Of a DNA stretch of 64,000 bases, positions 39,997-50,277 are shown piece by piece. How positions within the stretch are numbered: the stretch's first letter is position 1; each line of letters begins with the position of its first letter. The notes beneath the pieces were generated by a model. It saw only the letters and a program-made list of their open reading frames with translations. It did not search any database and had not been told where the DNA came from. The position numbers and the translations under genes were made by a program. This DNA comes from a virus. The DNA lies in the IMG/VR virus record IMGVR_UViG_3300029286_001586, positions 10,053 to 74,052 of that record. One strand, 5' to 3'.

Positions 39997-42690
39997 TTAT
40001 TTTCCTCCTTTTAATTTGCATTTATCACTACACTTAATTTTCCATCCCAAACTTTTTATGAACGGACAAGCAAAGTGGTAAGCATCTCCGCTATAAACGG
40101 TTTTTACACAACTTTCAAGACCAAGTAAAAGATTTCCGTTCCTAGTAGATGTTAATTTGGGGTCAATATTCTGGGTCCACTTAGTCAATAATTCAACACA
40201 GTCTTCTTCAGATACTTCCTGGTCTTTGTAGTACCCCGCCAAAACAAGAGTTGCCCTGTTTCTCGAACCCTTGACTTTTATTCCGTTCTCCAGTAAGTCC
40301 TTGACACAAACAGGAACGTAATCAGGTACGATTTTAAGCGTTGTTCTTTTATATTCTTTGGTCTTGTAATCTCTGAGCATATCATTAGCCCACTTTTCAG
40401 CCACGTCTATTTTAGACGCTACTCCAATTTTCTCCTTTTTCTTGGGCGAAACTGCGAGAGCCAAAATGTTGGTAATGTCTTCTCCTATCATTTTAATAGG
40501 AATAGTTATTTTAAATAGCCCCGATTTCATATTGGGGGTATTTTGAATCCTGAGCATCTTTCTATTACCTGTTGCATTACAAAGGGTCTGTAACTTGAAT
40601 TTGGTTCTTAATTTATTGTGGATATGTTCTATTTTCTTATGAAGGTCTGAAGATGGCTTAAAACCAAACACAGCTTCATCAACTATAATATGGAAACCCT
40701 TTGAATTTCCGCACCACATAGGTTTTCCGTTTCTTCTAACAAATATTACACCAGTAGAAACTTCGCAACAATATACATTGTCATTATAAGGAACAAGTCC
40801 ATATCCCCATCCAGTTCCAAGCGTGTTTTTTATATTATATTGATGTTTTGTTGATTTATTATAGGTTACTAACCACATATTTCCATCTTTTGTGACATTA
40901 GAAGCATATCCTAATCGCAAACATAGTTCATTTATATTATCAGCTAGTTCTTTTTGTATTCCTGGATATAAAACATTTTTGTTTTTGTCTCCATCCCCTA
41001 AATAAAAAGCATCGAAAAGTATTTTGAGCTGTCTTTTGGAAAGATTTAATATATTTCTATCTATTTTTTTACACAAAACATTACAAAGCTGTTTATCATA
41101 AATCATTAAATAATTACAACCATTCGGATGCTTACTATATTTTACTTTACTTCCAAAAATTCTTTTGGCTGAATTCCAAATTTTTTTAAAATTTTTCGTG
41201 TCTTTTTGACATATTGTTATTTCACAACTTCCTGCGTTTTTCCCTCTCTTACTTTTTCTCTTTCTGCTATATCCTTCGGATAACCAATATCCCAAAAATT
41301 CAAGCCAATCATCCATTTTAATTTTTTTGGCTGGTATTTTATATTTAATTTTTCCTCCCCCGCATATTTTATAAGTTTCGGGCAAAACAAAATATTTTTG
41401 TTCTTTCCCTGTATGTTCTATTCCTCTATTAAAAATTAAATTAGACCTATTTATTAGTTCTTTTATTGGTCGAAGTTCAAATTCTTTTTTATTATCTTTT
41501 TGGATTTGATGGTACATATTATGGTCTGGAGTAACTAGAATATCTATAAAACTAGATTTAAGATTATATAAATGTCCTTTGTATGGGAATTTTTGTATTG
41601 TTTGGGGGTATTCGTATTTTGTTGTGTTTTTGTGTTTAACAGCAACTTTATCTGTCGTTTGTAAATCTTTAAAATATTTCCACCCATTTTGAGTTAAAAT
41701 TTCTGTGTCTTTGCTATAACATCCAGAAAATGATAGGTGTATCATATTATCGGGAATATTGAGTCTAAACAGTTCATCTAGTATGTAGATAGCTTCTGCT
41801 TGTGCCTGACTTAAATCATCGACATCATCAACATCGAGGTCAAAGAACAAGGGCATGAGGAAATCTTCGCCATATACTTTTTCAGCGTTCCTGAATTTCT
41901 GGACTGACATATATAACTCAGACCCACTATGTTCCCTAACAAAATGAGGAATTTGATTAGTCTTTAGTCTTAACCATTTACTCCACTTTTTCTCATTTTC
42001 AGAGTTCATGTAGGAGAAACATACTTCTTTATACATATAGTCTTTATTGTCTATTTCGTCCTGGGGCTTAGAAAACAGAGTATAAAACAAATCATCACTA
42101 AGAAGCGGTTTAATCCTGTCAGTGAACGCTTTTAGTCTTTCAAGCAAGTATTCAATATCGTAGTCTTCGGCATAGTCTTCCTTCAATTTGCATATCTTTT
42201 TCTTCTCGGTCGGCTTTGCAAAGTAGTAACCAACTTTGTTCCCAATCGGCACATTCTTATTTTTAGCAAGCAATACTTCATAAACTTGGTCTGATTTTAT
42301 CTTATTAGCCTGATATGCGTTTAGTGAGCGATTTATTTCCCTGTGCTGAATGAATTCATTGAGTTCCATTTTACCACTCATGATAAGTTCTCTGAGAGTG
42401 AGATATCGTTCTCTTATTTTGTCATATTCCTTATTAAGAATGTCCCAAATAGAGTCCCTGATAAAATCTTTACCAAACTTTTCAATCCCCCTGCTTCTAA
42501 AACTTACACCAGACATTTTAATCTTATTATCTTCAGTAACACGAATGTAATTCTTAGGCAAAATATTACAAAAGAATTTATAGTAAGCTAGGTCACAGTC
42601 TATTCCTTTTGGTAAAAAAGCGTTTATCTCTTTAAGCAAAGATTCGCCCTCTAGTTTATACTTTTTTATGTTTTTTTCTGTATTCAGCAT
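39997..42690 (-). CDS. Family B DNA polymerase C-terminal (palm end/thumb) part fused to an AEP primase, intein-containing
   Basis: LPKGID, KNY, SGVSFRSR, YD.EY (PolB); PLFFDLD, FSG|SKGFH, MLRIQNT (AEP motifs); PVCV...RNRA...FACP C-terminal domain. Confidence 0.85.
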   Translation of the reverse strand: MLNTEKNIKKYKLEGESLLKEINAFLPKGIDCDLAYYKFFCNILPKNYIRVTEDNKIKMSGVSFRSRGIEKFGKDFIRDSIWDILNKEYDKIRERYLTLRELIMSGKMELNEFIQHREINRSLNAYQANKIKSDQVYEVLLAKNKNVPIGNKVGYYFAKPTEKKKICKLKEDYAEDYDIEYLLERLKAFTDRIKPLLSDDLFYTLFSKPQDEIDNKDYMYKEVCFSYMNSENEKKWSKWLRLKTNQIPHFVREHSGSELYMSVQKFRNAEKVYGEDFLMPLFFDLDVDDVDDLSQAQAEAIYILDELFRLNIPDNMIHLSFSGCYSKDTEILTQNGWKYFKDLQTTDKVAVKHKNTTKYEYPQTIQKFPYKGHLYNLKSSFIDILVTPDHNMYHQIQKDNKKEFELRPIKELINRSNLIFNRGIEHTGKEQKYFVLPETYKICGGGKIKYKIPAKKIKMDDWLEFLGYWLSEGYSRKRKSKRGKNAGSCEITICQKDTKNFKKIWNSAKRIFGSKVKYSKHPNGCNYLMIYDKQLCNVLCKKIDRNILNLSKRQLKILFDAFYLGDGDKNKNVLYPGIQKELADNINELCLRLGYASNVTKDGNMWLVTYNKSTKHQYNIKNTLGTGWGYGLVPYNDNVYCCEVSTGVIFVRRNGKPMWCGNSKGFHIIVDEAVFGFKPSSDLHKKIEHIHNKLRTKFKLQTLCNATGNRKMLRIQNTPNMKSGLFKITIPIKMIGEDITNILALAVSPKKKEKIGVASKIDVAEKWANDMLRDYKTKEYKRTTLKIVPDYVPVCVKDLLENGIKVKGSRNRATLVLAGYYKDQEVSEEDCVELLTKWTQNIDPKLTSTRNGNLLLGLESCVKTVYSGDAYHFACPFIKSLGWKIKCSDKCKLKGGK
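40705..41721 (-). mobile_element. Intein with LAGLIDADG endonuclease in AEP motif II (339 aa)
   Basis: Starts CYSKDTEILTQNGWK; VTPDH; FLGYWLSEG and FYLGDG; ends VYCCEVSTG...WCGN, followed by Ser+1. Confidence 0.93.
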
Positions 42691-42729
42691 GATATTGCTT
42701 ATACCTTTTAAGTTGTTTTTTATTTGGAA

Positions 42730-44256
42730 CTATTTTTCCTGTGATTGCCATGATTCTTTTGTTATATATACCCCGTCCGTGTCCCGCTCCAGTGTTATAT
42801 ATCCTTTCTTTGTTAGAAAATCGCACATTGTTTGCAGCGTTTCTCGTCCTATCTTTGTGACTCTGCTTGCTTCTTCCATGTCGTTCCATTGAAACACATT
42901 ACTGCCCAACAGTCCATAGAGTGAGTTGATTAATATTTTAGTTGATTGTTCCTCTGCTTTATATCTCTCTAGTCCTGTTTCTTTGGCTTGCGCTTTCATA
43001 CTGAATCTTAGGTCTGTAAGAGTTTTAAGCAGTTTAGGAAACACTTTGAATTTGTCTGATTTGGGACAGACATTATAATTCAACATGACTGATGGATAAA
43101 GCGAATTAACATCTAAATGATAGACATGTTCAAATATTCCTCTCTGTTCGGCTCCGACCATAGCACCTTCAAAATCTATTTTTTCCTGCTTGATAGGGAT
43201 TGCATGTCCTTGTCTGTAATATTCCCTGACAAACATTCCTGTCATTTTCGTGGAAGAACTAGCAATACACACTTTCTCATAGTTCATAGGAAGCATTTGT
43301 GTCTGGTAGAAGTCTTTTTGTGTCAGTAATTTTGATAGATGGTCAACTGCCAAACAATCGTCCATACAATGCTTTATAATCAACTGCTTATCTGTTTTAA
43401 GAAATTCTGCTATCTTAGTTTTATCAATATTCATATCCTCGAACTTCTTACCAAATCGCTCTGATACATCATCGAGTTTATATGTTTCAAGTTCTCTGTA
43501 AATAGCATCCCAGGCACGAACAGAATAATATAGGTCAACACAATGCCGACCCCAAATCTTAGGGACCATTATTTCCACGCTTTGATTATCACCCATACGA
43601 ATATGGGTCTGGAACATATACATGTCGGAATTATTGCGTCCGATATTCGGTCTGATATCATGAACTGCTGCTCTATTCATGAGTAATTGAAAGTCGAAAC
43701 TGAATCCATTATAGCTTTCAATAACATCAGGATTCAATCTCTTAATAACTTCAAAAAAATGCTCGATGATAAAATTCTCATCACCGATTATGTAATCGCT
43801 TTTATCTCCGCAAGTATAACAGATAATTAATATCTCTGAATCAGTAAGCGATAGACCCGTTGACTCAATATTGAATTGTAAGCGTTTCAGGTCTTCATAT
43901 TCCATTCCCTTGAATAGAGTCTTTCCTGTTTGAATCATGTACTGAGTATTCATATCCGAAATTGTAAAGTGTTGGGGTTGTGCCAAACCATTGTTCTGTC
44001 TCAATGTTTTCATCAGGGGAAAAAACAATCGGGGTTCAATATAAGCCAAGATGTTATATCCGTCTCCCTGAAGTTCTTCATATTCTTTTTGTCCAATACG
44101 ACTTAGCTGATTTTTAGAAGAAAGATAAAGAAATGGCTTAAACGCTTCTTTAAAAGTTTTACCATTCCTAAAGATAGTAGTTGCAGTTCCATTATTTACT
44201 TCAATAGATACTATATCCGTGGTCTCATTTTTTCCGTATATTAAAATATCGTTCAG
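42730..44256 (-). CDS. polB: Family B DNA polymerase N-terminal part (exonuclease plus motifs A, B, C); probable CTG start
   Basis: YNGFSFD, DVNSLYPS, KILINSLYG, DTDG. The frame is open back to CTG 44256, which has GGAG 7 nt upstream. Confidence 0.88.
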   Translation of the reverse strand: MNDILIYGKNETTDIVSIEVNNGTATTIFRNGKTFKEAFKPFLYLSSKNQLSRIGQKEYEELQGDGYNILAYIEPRLFFPLMKTLRQNNGLAQPQHFTISDMNTQYMIQTGKTLFKGMEYEDLKRLQFNIESTGLSLTDSEILIICYTCGDKSDYIIGDENFIIEHFFEVIKRLNPDVIESYNGFSFDFQLLMNRAAVHDIRPNIGRNNSDMYMFQTHIRMGDNQSVEIMVPKIWGRHCVDLYYSVRAWDAIYRELETYKLDDVSERFGKKFEDMNIDKTKIAEFLKTDKQLIIKHCMDDCLAVDHLSKLLTQKDFYQTQMLPMNYEKVCIASSSTKMTGMFVREYYRQGHAIPIKQEKIDFEGAMVGAEQRGIFEHVYHLDVNSLYPSVMLNYNVCPKSDKFKVFPKLLKTLTDLRFSMKAQAKETGLERYKAEEQSTKILINSLYGLLGSNVFQWNDMEEASRVTKIGRETLQTMCDFLTKKGYITLERDTDGVYITKESWQSQEK

Positions 44257-44546
44257 AATTTTACTCCATAACTTATTAAAGATTTTGTGTAATTATTTCG
44301 TGGATTGGAATCAACTCGATGGAAACACTCATGATAAAAATTTAGATTATCAGAACCCAAATATATAGAATAAAGAACTTTATCTGGATTAAAACCTTGT
44401 AATGATGCTCTGCTTATATAAGACATTACATCGCATTTTATCTTTATATCAGAACCAACTTCACCACGAACTCCAGATATGAACTGACCATTATCTTCCC
44501 CAATATAAAGGGCTATTAAGAATATAATCAATAGTATGTGCTTCAT
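44253..44546 (-). CDS. Hypothetical secreted/membrane protein
   Basis: Hydrophobic N-terminus; ATG 5 nt after a promoter -10 element. Confidence 0.5.
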   Translation of the reverse strand: MKHILLIIFLIALYIGEDNGQFISGVRGEVGSDIKIKCDVMSYISRASLQGFNPDKVLYSIYLGSDNLNFYHECFHRVDSNPRNNYTKSLISYGVKF

Positions 44547-44551
44547 ATATC

Positions 44552-44581
44552 ATTATACCACATAATAGCCCCAAAGTTGAC
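44552..44581 (-). promoter_or_regulatory. Phage-specific promoter, copy 3
   Basis: gtcaactttggggctattatgtggtataat. Confidence 0.7.
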
Positions 44582-45351
44582 TACAAATTAGTCGATGGTT
44601 TTAATATCTGGAGATTTTTACCGACTTTGCACCAACCACCACAGTCCTGACATTGCGCTCTCTTATATTTCGTGGTGGCATTAATTGAAAATCCTCTTGA
44701 TTGCATATTACCAGACCCGCACTTGGGACATACTAATTTATTAGTGTACATTCCTAAATTTGGGTGAGTATTCATCCAGGGAAGAAGTCTGAGATATATC
44801 TTTTCAAGAAGAATAACATCATTTGCGTTATACTGCTTCATCTTTTTCCACGCTTCGAGTTTTCCAGCCATACAATCCAGCCATAACTTAAATCCGCCAG
44901 TTTCGACTTTAACTCCCAAATCTAAATACTTGCCGAGGTCATTTAAGCTGTTGCTATTAAAAGCAAAGTTTTTTTTTGCTACTATCTTAGTATCAACTGT
45001 TTTGAATGGGGCTGGAGGTTTCATTTTATGAAATGAAAATCTTGAATTACTTTTTTTAATATCAAAATCTGCCCCGTTATGAGCAACTACAATATCTGCT
45101 TCATCAAAGAGCTTCCAAATGTCCTCTACCAACGCTTTATCGCTTTCTTTGTCTTTTTTATAAAGCGGATAATCACAGAGTCCTTTGGAAAACACTTTCT
45201 CTCCCAACCACTTCGCACTGAAACTCAAAATATGCCATTCGTCTTTATTCTCAATAATATGGGTTTCCCAGGGATGCGACCACCAATAGCCGAGATTAGG
45301 ACTGGTCTCAATATCGAATATCAATATTTTGGACTCATTATCTTTCTTCAT
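44581..45351 (-). CDS. DEDD/RNase H-like 3'-5' exonuclease with C-terminal zinc ribbon
   Basis: FDIETSP, AHNGADFD, YNANDV, CPKCGS...CQDCG. Confidence 0.85.
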   Translation of the reverse strand: MKKDNESKILIFDIETSPNLGYWWSHPWETHIIENKDEWHILSFSAKWLGEKVFSKGLCDYPLYKKDKESDKALVEDIWKLFDEADIVVAHNGADFDIKKSNSRFSFHKMKPPAPFKTVDTKIVAKKNFAFNSNSLNDLGKYLDLGVKVETGGFKLWLDCMAGKLEAWKKMKQYNANDVILLEKIYLRLLPWMNTHPNLGMYTNKLVCPKCGSGNMQSRGFSINATTKYKRAQCQDCGGWCKVGKNLQILKPSTNL

Positions 45352-45909
45352 TTATTCCTCCTCTTTATTTAATCTAACTGAAACAATAGTGTCTTCATAA
45401 ATCTCGACACCAGGAATTTTTGTATTCGGGTCCTGAAGTATTGCTCCTTGTATTTTCTTTGGGTCAATGACTTCCGAATAAAAAATATGAGGCACTTTTT
45501 CTTCATCAACAATGTTATATTTTATTTTACTTGACCTAGATATTCCTTCTATATATTCAGGCACGAATTCTATGCCGTTCTTTTTAGCTTCCGCTTTTTC
45601 CATATTATCAAATTGAACAATGGCATTTTTAATGACAGTCTCGGCTATTTCTCCCTTTTCAATCAAAGGTTTAAATATTTTCTGCGCTGCTTTTATTGCT
45701 ACTTTTGAGGGTTGAATAATGCTATCAAGAGCATCTTCTGCATCTTTTGCATACTGTTTAGCTTTCTTTACTAAATCCGCTCCTTCAAATAACTGTTTTA
45801 CCGTAGTTATTTTATATTCTTTTATGGGGAACTGTATTTCTTGCGCTCTTTTTATTAGAGCAATTGCTTGCGGATTTACTACTGCGACTTCTTCTTTCTT
45901 TTTAGCCAT
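45352..45909 (-). CDS. Gp157/Gam-like coiled-coil protein
   Basis: Coiled coil followed by IVDEEKVP...IPGVEIYE. Confidence 0.5.
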   Translation of the reverse strand: MAKKKEEVAVVNPQAIALIKRAQEIQFPIKEYKITTVKQLFEGADLVKKAKQYAKDAEDALDSIIQPSKVAIKAAQKIFKPLIEKGEIAETVIKNAIVQFDNMEKAEAKKNGIEFVPEYIEGISRSSKIKYNIVDEEKVPHIFYSEVIDPKKIQGAILQDPNTKIPGVEIYEDTIVSVRLNKEEE

Positions 45910-46083
45910 TATTTATCTCCTTGTTAAACGCATATAAAAATAATCCTATTATTACGGTCCAACTTCCAATCAAAGCCCAAAATGCACACCATAACCAAAA
46001 TATTACATCATGATTCGTCATTCATTTGTCCTTTCTAATTCGTCGTCATAAAAATAGCCAAATTTTATTCAGTTTAATCATTT

Positions 46084-46683
46084 TCATTTGTATTTTTCTT
46101 TCAAAAAGTCTATCAATTGTCCGACGCATTTAAAAACTCCTCCCCCACTTGGTCTAACCATTCCATGAATCATTGAACCGTTTATTCTTGTCTTTGAAGC
46201 TGTTATTAGGTACACTGGTTTTGTCCTGAAACCAAGTTTTTTTAGTCCTGGTCTGACTGTTGTTTCATAAAATTCTCTATCTTCTCCGCACCAATTATCT
46301 TTTATCAAATCAAACGATGTCAATACTGTTGCAATAGTTATCTCTCTTGTAGTACCAACATAATGTGTTCCTGGCGGAATATTTGCTATTATAATATCAG
46401 CTTTTCTTACGTTCTCAATATCGACTTCCCAAATATTCCGATAAATATTATCAACTTCATCATCTTTTCCAAGCATACGCAGTTTTTTAATTTGCTTATT
46501 GCTATCTATAACATCGAATCCTGTTTTCTTTGTTTCTTGTTTACATGGATTAAATATTTGCACAATTGGAATTCCTGAAGCGATTAAAGCGTTTTCAATC
46601 TTAATGAATTCTGAGTCTGCTTCATCGTCGCCTTCCATCGGACCGACAATATAAACAGTTAAATTTTCATATTTTTTGTTCAT
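46084..46683 (-). CDS. Nucleoside 2-deoxyribosyltransferase-like protein
   Basis: VYIVGPM, FNP, DIENVRKADIIIA, GTTRE. Confidence 0.7.
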   Translation of the reverse strand: MNKKYENLTVYIVGPMEGDDEADSEFIKIENALIASGIPIVQIFNPCKQETKKTGFDVIDSNKQIKKLRMLGKDDEVDNIYRNIWEVDIENVRKADIIIANIPPGTHYVGTTREITIATVLTSFDLIKDNWCGEDREFYETTVRPGLKKLGFRTKPVYLITASKTRINGSMIHGMVRPSGGGVFKCVGQLIDFLKEKYK

Positions 46684-47073
46684 ATTTTAACTCTATTATT
46701 CCTGTTTCGTCATTTATATCTTCTGGGTCATCAAGACCATCGCCTATCATTTCTTCTGGACCGACTTTAGATACAATAATATTCTTATCTGACATATGTA
46801 TCTCCTTCAATTTTTGTTCGTTCTATTCTTTGAAGTAAATTCTGTCATTAATCTATCCATAAAATTTGCCATTCTATCTCTTGCCCATTCAACGGGAACT
46901 TTTTCATCAAGCTGTCCTGCCATATACATTCTCAGTCCTACCATATCAATCCAATGCATAAAATCACTAATATTATCAATCATTTTGTCTAAATCTTTGC
47001 CCATTATTTTCTCCTAATGAGTTATTGCGACAAGAATCATGAATATGGCTGTACCTATGAATAATGCTTCCAT

Positions 47074-47895
47074 TTATAAATCCTTTATTAGATGATATTG
47101 TTTCTGGAAATTATGTTCCATTTGCAGTCCTGATGGTCCGTTCCTATTCTTTTTAACATCAACAGTAAGCACATCATCAACACTCCAGATAAAAAAGACT
47201 CTATGTGCGTCATATTCTTTGCTCCCACTTCCCTTTAGGTCCGATAGTTTGAAGTTCAATATAGTACGTTTTGATGCTTCTCTATTCATTGCAGTAACTG
47301 CGACAACAGGAATATTATATGTTTTTGTTATTTGCAACAAACCTCTCATAATAGACGACAGTGCTTCATGAGTATTTTCTGAAGAACTCATTTCGGGCAT
47401 AATATCAATATAATCTAACATTAATATGTTTGGTTTAAGTTCTTCAATGACGAGTTCTATCTTTTCCATAGGAATATTTTCGTCAATAACAAACAGAGGA
47501 AGCTCTATTAGTTCAGCTTTCGCTTTTTTTATTTTGGCTTTATCTATATCTTTAGTTATTTTTTTCGTCTTAAATATCATTGAATTGAGTTGTGTTTTAT
47601 TTGAGAGCATATTAATACCAATTTCGTCCTGAAACACTTCATAAGTAATTAAAAGAACTTTTTTGTTCTGCTCGGCGATATTCATAGCGAGTTGCAATAA
47701 AAACGTCGATTTTCCGCTGCCAGGCGAACCCGCAATTAACGTCAATTCTCTATTACCAAATCCTCCCAGCATGGTATCAATCTGTTTAAACCCGCTTTTA
47801 AGACCGACTTCTCCTGACTCAACACGTTTCATAACTCCTTCAGCAGAAGTTAATATCGAATTCATATTTTTTAGATAATTTGGTTCCTTGTTCAT
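47074..47895 (-). CDS. dnaB: DnaB-like replicative helicase (ATPase domain only)
   Basis: SGFKQID..LGG, GSPGSGKS, LDYI, LSDLKGSG..EYDA, KNRNGP. Confidence 0.88.
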   Translation of the reverse strand: MNKEPNYLKNMNSILTSAEGVMKRVESGEVGLKSGFKQIDTMLGGFGNRELTLIAGSPGSGKSTFLLQLAMNIAEQNKKVLLITYEVFQDEIGINMLSNKTQLNSMIFKTKKITKDIDKAKIKKAKAELIELPLFVIDENIPMEKIELVIEELKPNILMLDYIDIMPEMSSSENTHEALSSIMRGLLQITKTYNIPVVAVTAMNREASKRTILNFKLSDLKGSGSKEYDAHRVFFIWSVDDVLTVDVKKNRNGPSGLQMEHNFQKQYHLIKDL

Positions 47896-47901
47896 TACTC
47901 T

Positions 47902-47931
47902 ATTATACCACTTTCAAGAGGAAAAGTTTAC
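47902..47931 (-). promoter_or_regulatory. Phage-specific promoter, copy 4
   Basis: gtaaacttttcctcttgaaagtggtataat; dnaB ATG 6 nt downstream. Confidence 0.7.
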
Positions 47932-48425
47932 TCATAATCTATAAAATCCTGTATAAGTGTTTGATTGGTCTTTTTTTGTTTGACAACTTCTTTGACTTCC
48001 CGCTCTGTCTTGTCTCTTATTTTTTTAAGAACCGCTTTGACATAACGAACATCATAAACTCCATTATCTAATGCAACTCCAATGGCTTCGCTCTTTTGTT
48101 CTTCGTTGCCTTCCAGAGCATCGAGTTCTTCCAGTGCCATAAACTGACACTTTGCAGAGCGATTCATTTTGGTAATAAAATAAGTAATGTATTGATTTCT
48201 TCCGTCCAATAATTCTTTCAGTCTTTTGACCCAATCAACTTTTTCATGTCCCTTGCTTTTAATCGAGAGATGAAAATTCCTGCGCTTTTGAAAAAGAGCT
48301 TTTACCAACGCTTCCTGAATATCAGCTTTAATATACTTCTCTTTATTCATTTCATAGATTTCTTCTTCGGAATACTCTTTATCTATTATAATCGTACAGC
48401 TTGGTATTTTACAACTTAGCTTCAC
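47928..48425 (-). CDS. Hypothetical replication-associated protein (DnaD-like C-terminus?)
   Basis: EAIGVA......RYVKAVL; directly upstream of dnaB. Confidence 0.35.
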   Translation of the reverse strand: MKLSCKIPSCTIIIDKEYSEEEIYEMNKEKYIKADIQEALVKALFQKRRNFHLSIKSKGHEKVDWVKRLKELLDGRNQYITYFITKMNRSAKCQFMALEELDALEGNEEQKSEAIGVALDNGVYDVRYVKAVLKKIRDKTEREVKEVVKQKKTNQTLIQDFIDYE

Positions 48426-48890
48426 TGATTAGGACTCCTTGACCATCTTTGTTCTGAAGGTACATTTGCAAATTTAATTTCAATTTGAGAAAATGTATCA
48501 GGAATTGAATTACTATCCATAACACTTGCCCATGTTATTGCTGGCATTATTGCAATTTTATGTCGTTCTGATGGTGTCATAACTCTATAATGGTCATGAT
48601 TGCAATTTGGGCAAAAGAACACTTGTTTTCCTTCTAATTCCATATCCCATTCAAATGTTTGATATGAGTCACAATTATGACAATAAAGCTGTTCTTTAAT
48701 TGTTCTTGACATTAATCATCTTCCTTTTCTTCGTCTTTGTACATAACTATTAAAGCTACTGTTTCTCCCTTTAGTCCCAAAAATGTTTTTATTTCAAGCA
48801 ATTTCCACCCATATTCAACATCGTTATTGATGTCCTTATCAATAAAACTCATATTTGAAACCTTCGTCTTATAAACTCGTCTTGATTCTG

Positions 48891-49412
48891 TCATTTCTTT
48901 CTCCCTTTTAATAGTGTAGCAAGTTTTACTGGCTGATAATTATTTAGTTCTGGACTAATCAAAATATGTCTATCATCTGTCGGAACGTATTCATCTGGAT
49001 ATGATTTGAGTATGTCCCTGTCCAGATTATGCAAGTGTCCGTGTATATTTATCTCATCGTCTTTAACTGGTATTGGTCTATGCGAGAACACTATTTTATG
49101 ACCCATGAATCGCATTGAAATTGTATCGGCAACAAAATCCCAACCATGCTTCATATACCACTCATTCGATTTGGTATCATGGTTTCCTCTTATGAGCCAT
49201 CTTTTTTTTGCGACAGAAAAACTATTTAACGATTCGTGTGTTTTTTCGTCATTTCCCATAGATACATCACCAAGATGAAGTAATATAGAGTCTCTAGGAA
49301 GAAGGTGCAATGCTTTCCATTGTAGTTCTTCGTGGTCCAATGGTCTATGACAATACTTTATTATTGCATCATGATTAAAATGTGTATCACTAACTATCCA
49401 AAGATTGTTCAT
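48891..49412 (-). CDS. Calcineurin-like metallophosphoesterase
   Basis: SDTHFNH, HLGD, GNHD, SHRP, HGHLH. Confidence 0.9.
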   Translation of the reverse strand: MNNLWIVSDTHFNHDAIIKYCHRPLDHEELQWKALHLLPRDSILLHLGDVSMGNDEKTHESLNSFSVAKKRWLIRGNHDTKSNEWYMKHGWDFVADTISMRFMGHKIVFSHRPIPVKDDEINIHGHLHNLDRDILKSYPDEYVPTDDRHILISPELNNYQPVKLATLLKGRKK

Positions 49413-50277
49413 AGTGTTCTCCAATCTCCGTGAACATGGTAGCACGAATGGTTGGTATTATAAGCATGTGCGATAGTATAAATATCAGATATAGATTGCG
49501 ATAAAGCAACTAGCTTTTTATCATATCTTTCGGGATGTATTAAATAAGTTTCGTTATCAGATTGGTAACAAAGTTCTTCAATTTTATCTAGTATTTGATT
49601 TGTTGTGGGTTCCATATTATCCTTTCATAAATATAAATGTAATTATATTTGCCACTAAATAAAGAGAAGCTAGTAAAGTTTTTAGTAGGCTTGCTTCTCG
49701 AATACATCCAACAAAAATCAATAAACAACCTCCAATAATTAAAGTGTTATTGAGATAGTTCATTAGATTTCCCTTTTTTAATAATAGATTGTGCCAAAGA
49801 AATTCGTTGACCGATGGCTTTAGCCATGTTCTCCATCATATCCCTGAGTTCCCTGTATTCACTTGCCTTGTCATTGATATAAATTTCTTTTTCATAGTCA
49901 GTTCCTTTAAGTCCTTTTGAAACAGCTTCTTTTTTATAAGACTCTAAAAGTTTTGCTTGTTCTTTTCGATAATATTTCTCAGCAATGGGAAGTAGATAAA
50001 GAACATTACTATACCATGCTTCTATCTCTTTTGCCTGTGCTTCAACTACATCAGCTTCTTCAGCAAGGGGACACTGAAAAAGTGTACCAATAGCTGTCAA
50101 CACTTCTTTTGCTTGTGTTTCTAGGTCTTTATATGAAAGTAATATCATGCAATTCTCCTTATATTTCGTTTACTTCTGGGACCAAAAAATAATGAATATT
50201 GCAACTCATTCCATAACTACTTGTCAATGTTGTCATATATATGCTTCCAAGAGGAACAATTTCATTGATATGTTCTC

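Noticed and set aside
42730-42732. Genome-wide amber (TAG) recoding
   Set aside because: TAG is the normal terminator of the portal, scaffold and capsid genes, other genes are not fragmented, and no suppressor tRNA was seen.
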